A stretch of 64,000 nt of DNA from Rebecca billardiae RCC1528 (Eukaryota; Protista; Haptophyta): NCBI GenBank assembly GCA_965240325.2, contig OZ251236.1, forward strand, positions 1,736,001 to 1,800,000. Reading direction: 5' to 3'. Within the stretch, counting starts at the first letter, position 1, and the number at the start of each line of letters is the position of its first letter. The notes under the pieces were generated by a model. The model did not search any database, had not been told where the DNA came from, and was given only the letters and a program-made list of their open reading frames with translations. Below, piece after piece: positions 58,980-64,000 of this stretch. A program made the position numbers and the translations under genes.

Positions 58980-59947
58980 GGCTCCAGCCACATTGTCAGG
59001 GACGTCCACTGACCCCGTATGGGGGGGTGCATTTAGACGAACCCCTGGGAGCCAGGGAGCGATGAGGGTACCAATCGAAAGATCTCCGGGGCGGCGGACG
59101 AAGCCGCAGGTTCAAAACCGAAGCCGCAGACGATTTCGTATGTTTCTTTGTCCTTGAACGCGTCGTCACAGTCGAACACGGAGGACTCCATCGTGCTGAA
59201 CTTTTTTTGGGGCTCCCGGAGTGACCCGGACCGGTCTCTCGCACGATGGAGCTCCGCCGCCGAGCGGGCGAGGAGACGAGACGCCTTGGAGGCCTTGATC
59301 CGGGCGCATCCCCTGGTTGGCCGCGGCACCCTGTCGCGCTCGCGCCCCGGGTGCACCTTCGTGCACTGAGAGTCACCGATGGGCGAGAAGCTGCTCGTCG
59401 ACTCGAGCAAGCTGCGCGCTATCCGCGTCGAGCTGCTCGCGCCGGCGGCCACACCTCGCGGCGGTGCGGGCGTGCGCATGAGCTTGTCGGCTTCTAGCTG
59501 CTCGCGCCCCGGGCCGCGCCGTCAGCTCGTGGTGCCACGGGTATGCGCACGAGCTCGTGCTTGGCTGCAGCTCCTCAGAGGACTGCCACAGCTGGCTGGC
59601 TCAGAGCTTGTTCGCGAGTGCTGAGGTGCGGCGTGGCCTGCGCGGTGCGCCGCAGCGGTCAATGCGTTGCTCGATCCTGCACTGCGCTACGTCTTGACTC
59701 GCGAGGGAGGCGCCGATATCGGGGCTGTGTGCAATGCGTCATGGCCGCCCGGCGCAGAGCCGACGCCGCATGACGCAGCCCTCAGCCAACCGACCAGCGA
59801 ACACTCGGTCTGCTATGCGAATTCTGGCGAGTTGGGGCCTTATTGAGGCGTATTTGGTCCTTCGATCGGCTGGGGGGAGCCCCCCCCAGACCCCCCCAGA
59901 GAGTCTGAATGCACCCCTGCTGGACGTCCCGGACAGTGACCGGAGCC
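58980..59947. mobile_element. Probable old non-autonomous element with degenerate inverted ends
   Basis: Three collinear inverted blocks: 58980-85 with 59942-47, TGTCAGGGACGTCCA 58994-59008 with 59921-35, and GGGGTGCATTTAGAC 59024-38 with 59903-17. No TSD recognised. Confidence 0.55.
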
Positions 59948-60420
59948 CAATCGGGGGTCGGAAGGGCTTCTGCTACTGTACGACTGCTGCATGGTCCACT
60001 TGGTTGACATCGTCTTCGGCTCGGGGCCACTGAGACGTAGACGTATAGTGTAAGTACTGTAACCGTAACGGGATTGCTGCCGCCTGCCGGCCGGGGGCCG
60101 GGGTGGACCGCAGGAGCCAGGAGCCTATCACATCGTCTGACGACGAATGCTGACGCGACCGGCCCGGAGGCGCGACAGGACGCGACTGAATGTCATCGCC
60201 CGATGATGACGATATATATATGACGACTCGCGCGCATCCGGTGTCCGTGAATCAGGCGTGAAGTCGTCGCGGACGCGGGCGCGGCGGGCCAGTCTCCGCG
60301 AAGGTTCTGCAGCGTGCCGCGCGCACGACGGGCGGCCGCCGACAGTTCGGGCATCATGGCGCGGTGCAAATGGCCATCACGCCGAATACGCCTGCCCGCG
60401 CGGGCAGCGCGACGACGCCC

Positions 60421-61695
60421 TCACTGCTTCGACAGCCGCGGGGCGGCGCCGCGCGCGGAGCTGAGCCTGGAGCTGGCGGATGCCGAGGGCGCGTCCGCCT
60501 CCGACGATGCCGGCCCGGAGGACGGTCCGGGCGGGGGCTTGGCGGCGGCGAGGGCGAGCTCGAGCGAGTCGAGGCCGGGCTCGGCCCGCGGTGCGCCCGG
60601 CCACGGGTACACTGAGCCCGCCGCGAGCACGAGCGCGCCCACGAGCGTGGCGGCGCCGAGCGCGCGCGATGCGGCCAGCGCGCACAGCAGCGCGCACGCC
60701 GCGCCCGCCCAGCCAAGCAGCGCGGCGCAGTACTCCGCGCGCAGCCACGGCCGCGGCGGGCGCGCGGGCGGCGGCGGGTGCGCGGCGGCGGCGGCGCCGA
60801 GGCGCTCCGCGAGGAAGGCCTCCTTGCGCGCCCAGCGCTCCGCGAGCCACGCGCGCAGCTCCGCCGGCTGCGTGGGCAGCGCGTGCCGCGCGTGCCTCGT
60901 GACGTGCGCGTGCACGGCCGTGGGCAGCGTGCCGCGCAGCAGCGACCGCTCGGAGGGGCGCTCGGCGGGCGCGTCGGGGTGCGGCTCGTACCAGAGGTCG
61001 ACGTCGTACACCGCGTCGAGCCGCTCGCCCAGCGCGTGCACGCACGCCTCGAACCCCGCGCTGCGCGGGTGCAGCACGTGCTCGTACTCCGCCAGCCCGT
61101 GCGCGCGCGCGTGCGCCTGCGAGCGCGCCTTGTTGGCGGCCGAGAGGTCGGTGCCCTCGGGGAAGAGGAGGAGGAGGAGCGGCGCGCGGCGCTCGTGCGC
61201 GAGGTAGGCGAGCAGCGCGCGGATGCGCCCGAGGTCCGCCTCGCGGTTCCGCCGCGTGAGGAAGCAGAAGAGGAACGCCTGCATCGCCCAGCCGAACGCG
61301 GGCGCCGCGCGCAGCTCGGCCTTGAGCGCGATGCACAGCCGCGACGCGCAGCCCTGGCGGCAGGCGAGCGCCCAGAGGAACATCCAGTCGATGCGGCAGT
61401 GGTGGTTGCAGATCACTAGCGCGACGCGCTCGCCCGGCGGGCACGGGCCGCACCCGTCGCCGGACGCCACGACGCGCGCGCCGCCCAGCCACTCGAGCAG
61501 CGCGGCCGCGAGCGTGAACCACGCGCCCGCGACGCAGCGCGCGACGGCGCGGTTGAGGTCGCGCGCGGCGGCGAGGGGGAGCGGGAGGAGGATGAGCGCG
61601 CTCGGCAGCAGCACGTGCACCGAGCCGATCACCGCGGACAGCAGGAAGGCGACGAGCAGCAGCGCGCCGCGCGCGCGGTTGAGCGCCGCGCCCAT
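60421..61695 (-). CDS. Lysophospholipid acyltransferase (AGPAT/LCLAT-like, PlsC domain)
   Basis: ICNHHCRIDW (NHxxxxD), GWAMQAFLFCFLTR, LFPEGT, HVLHPR, AVYDV. Alternative start at 61722. Confidence 0.92.
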   Translation of the reverse strand: MGAALNRARGALLLVAFLLSAVIGSVHVLLPSALILLPLPLAAARDLNRAVARCVAGAWFTLAAALLEWLGGARVVASGDGCGPCPPGERVALVICNHHCRIDWMFLWALACRQGCASRLCIALKAELRAAPAFGWAMQAFLFCFLTRRNREADLGRIRALLAYLAHERRAPLLLLLFPEGTDLSAANKARSQAHARAHGLAEYEHVLHPRSAGFEACVHALGERLDAVYDVDLWYEPHPDAPAERPSERSLLRGTLPTAVHAHVTRHARHALPTQPAELRAWLAERWARKEAFLAERLGAAAAAHPPPPARPPRPWLRAEYCAALLGWAGAACALLCALAASRALGAATLVGALVLAAGSVYPWPGAPRAEPGLDSLELALAAAKPPPGPSSGPASSEADAPSASASSRLSSARGAAPRLSKQ

Positions 61696-61794
61696 GATGG
61701 CCGGCCGAGTCGAGAAGATCATCAAAGCCGGACTCACGTCACCGTGCGACTCCCGCGGGTGCGCAGCACACACCTGCCGTGTGCCCGCCCTCGG

Positions 61795-63573
61795 ATGCAC
61801 CGGGTGGAGTGCAACGGACGGCGCGCCTGGGCGCTCGCCGTCGTGGTCGTCGCGCACGCAGGCGCAAGCACGTGCCCGGAGGCCATCTGCGTCGTCTCCG
61901 GTGCCTGCGTCAACGCCTCGGACGCGCACACGTGCGCTGCCGCCGCCGCGGCCAGTTCGGCGTGCCCGGCGGCGGGCGCGGTGCCGTGTGCTGACGGCTC
62001 GTGCGCCCAGGCACCGGACGGCTGCCTCCTCGGGCTGGCGCTGGCGGGCGGCTGCGCGGACGGGCTCGTGCCGTGCTGGGATGGCACGTGCGCCCCCTCC
62101 GCGCCCGCCTGCCCGCGCGTCGGCCGCTGCGCGTCGGCGAGCGCGCGCGTGCGCTGTGAGGGCGGCGGCTGCGGCGCGGCACCGGATGCGGGCTCGTGCG
62201 CGCAGCCGTACGCGTGCGCGCCGGGCCGCGCGCGCTGTGCCGACGGGACGTGCGCGCTCTCGCTCGAAGAGTGCGCGCCGCACGACGGCTGCCCACCGCA
62301 CGCCCCGCACGCCTGCGCGGACGGCCACTGCGCACCGCTCGGTGGCAGCGTCGACGGCTCCGCGGCCGCGCCCGCGGCGTGCGCGGACGGCTGCGCGGAC
62401 GCGGAGCAGCGCTGCGCCGACGGCACGTGCGTTGCAGCGGGCGCGAGCTGCTCGGCCGCGCCGCCGCTGCACCTCGCCGTCGCCCACGTCGCCCTCGCCC
62501 TCGGCGGCGGCAGCAGCAGCGCAGGCCGCAACACTACGCTCACGCTGACCAGCGGCGCGCGCGCGGGCGGCGTGGCGGCGCAGGCGACGGTGCGTGAGCC
62601 TCCGGCGGCGGCGGGCGCGGCCACGGGCTCCGTGGTGGCGGTGCACGCGCCCGCGCACTCACTCCTGCGCGCCGCGCTGCGCCCGCCCAACTGGGCCTCC
62701 GTCGAGCGCTCGCTCTTCTCGCCCGCGCTCGGGCTGAGCGCTGCGGCGGTGGGCACCGACGCGGCGCAGGCGGAGGCGGCCGTGCGCGCGGCCGCGGAGG
62801 CGGCTGCGGCGGGCGAGCTCGGCGCGACGCGCGCGGCAGAGGGCGCGGGCGCGGAGGGCGTCGTGGGCGAGGGCGGGCTCGTCGCCGTCGACCTCACGCT
62901 GCCCACCCTCCTCCCCGCCGACGTGCGCGCCGCCCTGCCCGCGCTGGGCGAGGCGGACGCGGACGGCGGCGGCGCGCCCGCGCCAGGGCTCTGCTTGCTC
63001 GCGGCCGTGCGGCTGAGCACGCGCGCGCGCGCGTGGGCGTGCGCGGCGGCGCTCACGCGCGCGCACCGCGACGCGCTGCTTGCTGCGCCCGCCGGCGAGT
63101 ACGTGCCACTCGCCTTCGCGGACGTGCGCGCCACCGGCGTGTACGCCGTCGGGCTGGCGGCGGCGAGCGCGCGCACGCAGTGGCAGCATCCGGCGCAGGC
63201 GGCGGAGGCGGCGCGGGACGTGGCGCGCGCGGCCGCAAGGCGCGGCGCGCGCGCCGAGCTCGTGCTCGGCGACGGGGCCACGGCTGCCGACGAGGGCACG
63301 GGGCGCTCGAGCTCCTCGCCCTCCGCGTGCAAGGGCGACGGCGACGACGACAACAATGCCGCCGCGTCGCCGCCTCCCGCGCCGCCCGCAGGCCCAAGTG
63401 CCGCGCCCACCGCAGCCTGGGGCGCGTACGTGGCGACCGCGTGGCTGTTCGGGCTGCTGGGGCTGGCGGCGCTCATGTGCGCCAACTTCTGCTGGGGCCT
63501 GTACGCCGTCACACGAGAACGGAAGCGCGCGGCTGTGCTGGTCGCCAGCTTGGACCGCCGTGACGAGCTGTGA
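61795..63573 (+). CDS. Cysteine-rich single-pass surface protein (C-x-DG-x-C repeats)
   Basis: Signal peptide, repeated CADGSC/CWDGTC/CADGTC/CADGHC motifs, a C-terminal TM helix and a short tail. Confidence 0.75.
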   Translation: MHRVECNGRRAWALAVVVVAHAGASTCPEAICVVSGACVNASDAHTCAAAAAASSACPAAGAVPCADGSCAQAPDGCLLGLALAGGCADGLVPCWDGTCAPSAPACPRVGRCASASARVRCEGGGCGAAPDAGSCAQPYACAPGRARCADGTCALSLEECAPHDGCPPHAPHACADGHCAPLGGSVDGSAAAPAACADGCADAEQRCADGTCVAAGASCSAAPPLHLAVAHVALALGGGSSSAGRNTTLTLTSGARAGGVAAQATVREPPAAAGAATGSVVAVHAPAHSLLRAALRPPNWASVERSLFSPALGLSAAAVGTDAAQAEAAVRAAAEAAAAGELGATRAAEGAGAEGVVGEGGLVAVDLTLPTLLPADVRAALPALGEADADGGGAPAPGLCLLAAVRLSTRARAWACAAALTRAHRDALLAAPAGEYVPLAFADVRATGVYAVGLAAASARTQWQHPAQAAEAARDVARAAARRGARAELVLGDGATAADEGTGRSSSSPSACKGDGDDDNNAAASPPPAPPAGPSAAPTAAWGAYVATAWLFGLLGLAALMCANFCWGLYAVTRERKRAAVLVASLDRRDEL

Positions 63574-63721
63574 TGCCATCGGCACTGTCGTAGTGTCGTA
63601 ATATAATAATTATGATGATCGATGATATCGCAGCAGATGACCGTGCGCGCGCGGTGCTATAGTGCCGCCTAGTAGTAGTCTGCTGCGCTAGCAGTATATA
63701 TAGGTCGTAGTAGTCGCGTAC

Positions 63722-63853
63722 TATATATGTATATATATACATATATATATATATATACCACGTCGTTAATATATATATATATACCACGTCGTTAATATAT
63801 ATATATATTAACGACATATATATATATATATATATATATTAACGACGTGGTAT
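63722..63853. repeat. (TA)n tract with nested direct and inverted copies of ATACCACGTCGTTAA
   Basis: Forward copies at 63755 and 63781. Reverse copies at 63808 (partial) and 63839-63853. Confidence 0.9.
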
Positions 63854-64000
63854 GCAACGGGCAGGCGTCAGAGTCAGCAAGCTGTAGCAGCAGATCGAGC
63901 AGCAGCAGAGACAAACACCAGGATCAGCGCTCCTCGCCGTCGTCCCCCCCCCCCTCGTAGTCGCCCATCAATCAATCACTCCATCGCCGAGCGGAAGCTC

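Overview
Gene-dense, extremely GC-rich eukaryotic nuclear DNA from a flagellated protist. A haptophyte of the Pavlovales/Diacronema type is my inference from composition and intron style, not something I verified. About 17 protein genes can be read: RPL24, an outer-arm-type axonemal dynein heavy chain, an EsV-1-7-type Cys/His repeat protein, a multi-TM protein, a membrane matrixin-like metalloprotease, a Sel1+MYND protein, DJ-1/PfpI, a giant LamG/glycosyltransferase-like protein, a kinesin fused to a degenerate kinase lobe, eEF2 kinase, a SHAQKYF-type MYB factor, an FG-GAP surface protein, a ClpX-like ATPase, a 4-exon RAMP4/SERP1, NADH-cytochrome b5 reductase, a lysophospholipid acyltransferase and a Cys-rich surface protein. 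The most striking non-genic structures are two unrelated ~1.1-kb foldback elements with ~390-440-bp near-perfect inverted arms and apparent target-site duplications, each upstream of a putative DNA-binding/regulatory gene. An older ~1-kb element with degenerate inverted ends and a nested direct/inverted repeat are also present. Introns mostly use a GTGCG donor, are (GC)n-rich and are often 3n without stop codons. Most long ORFs in the supplied track are shadow frames caused by GC bias.
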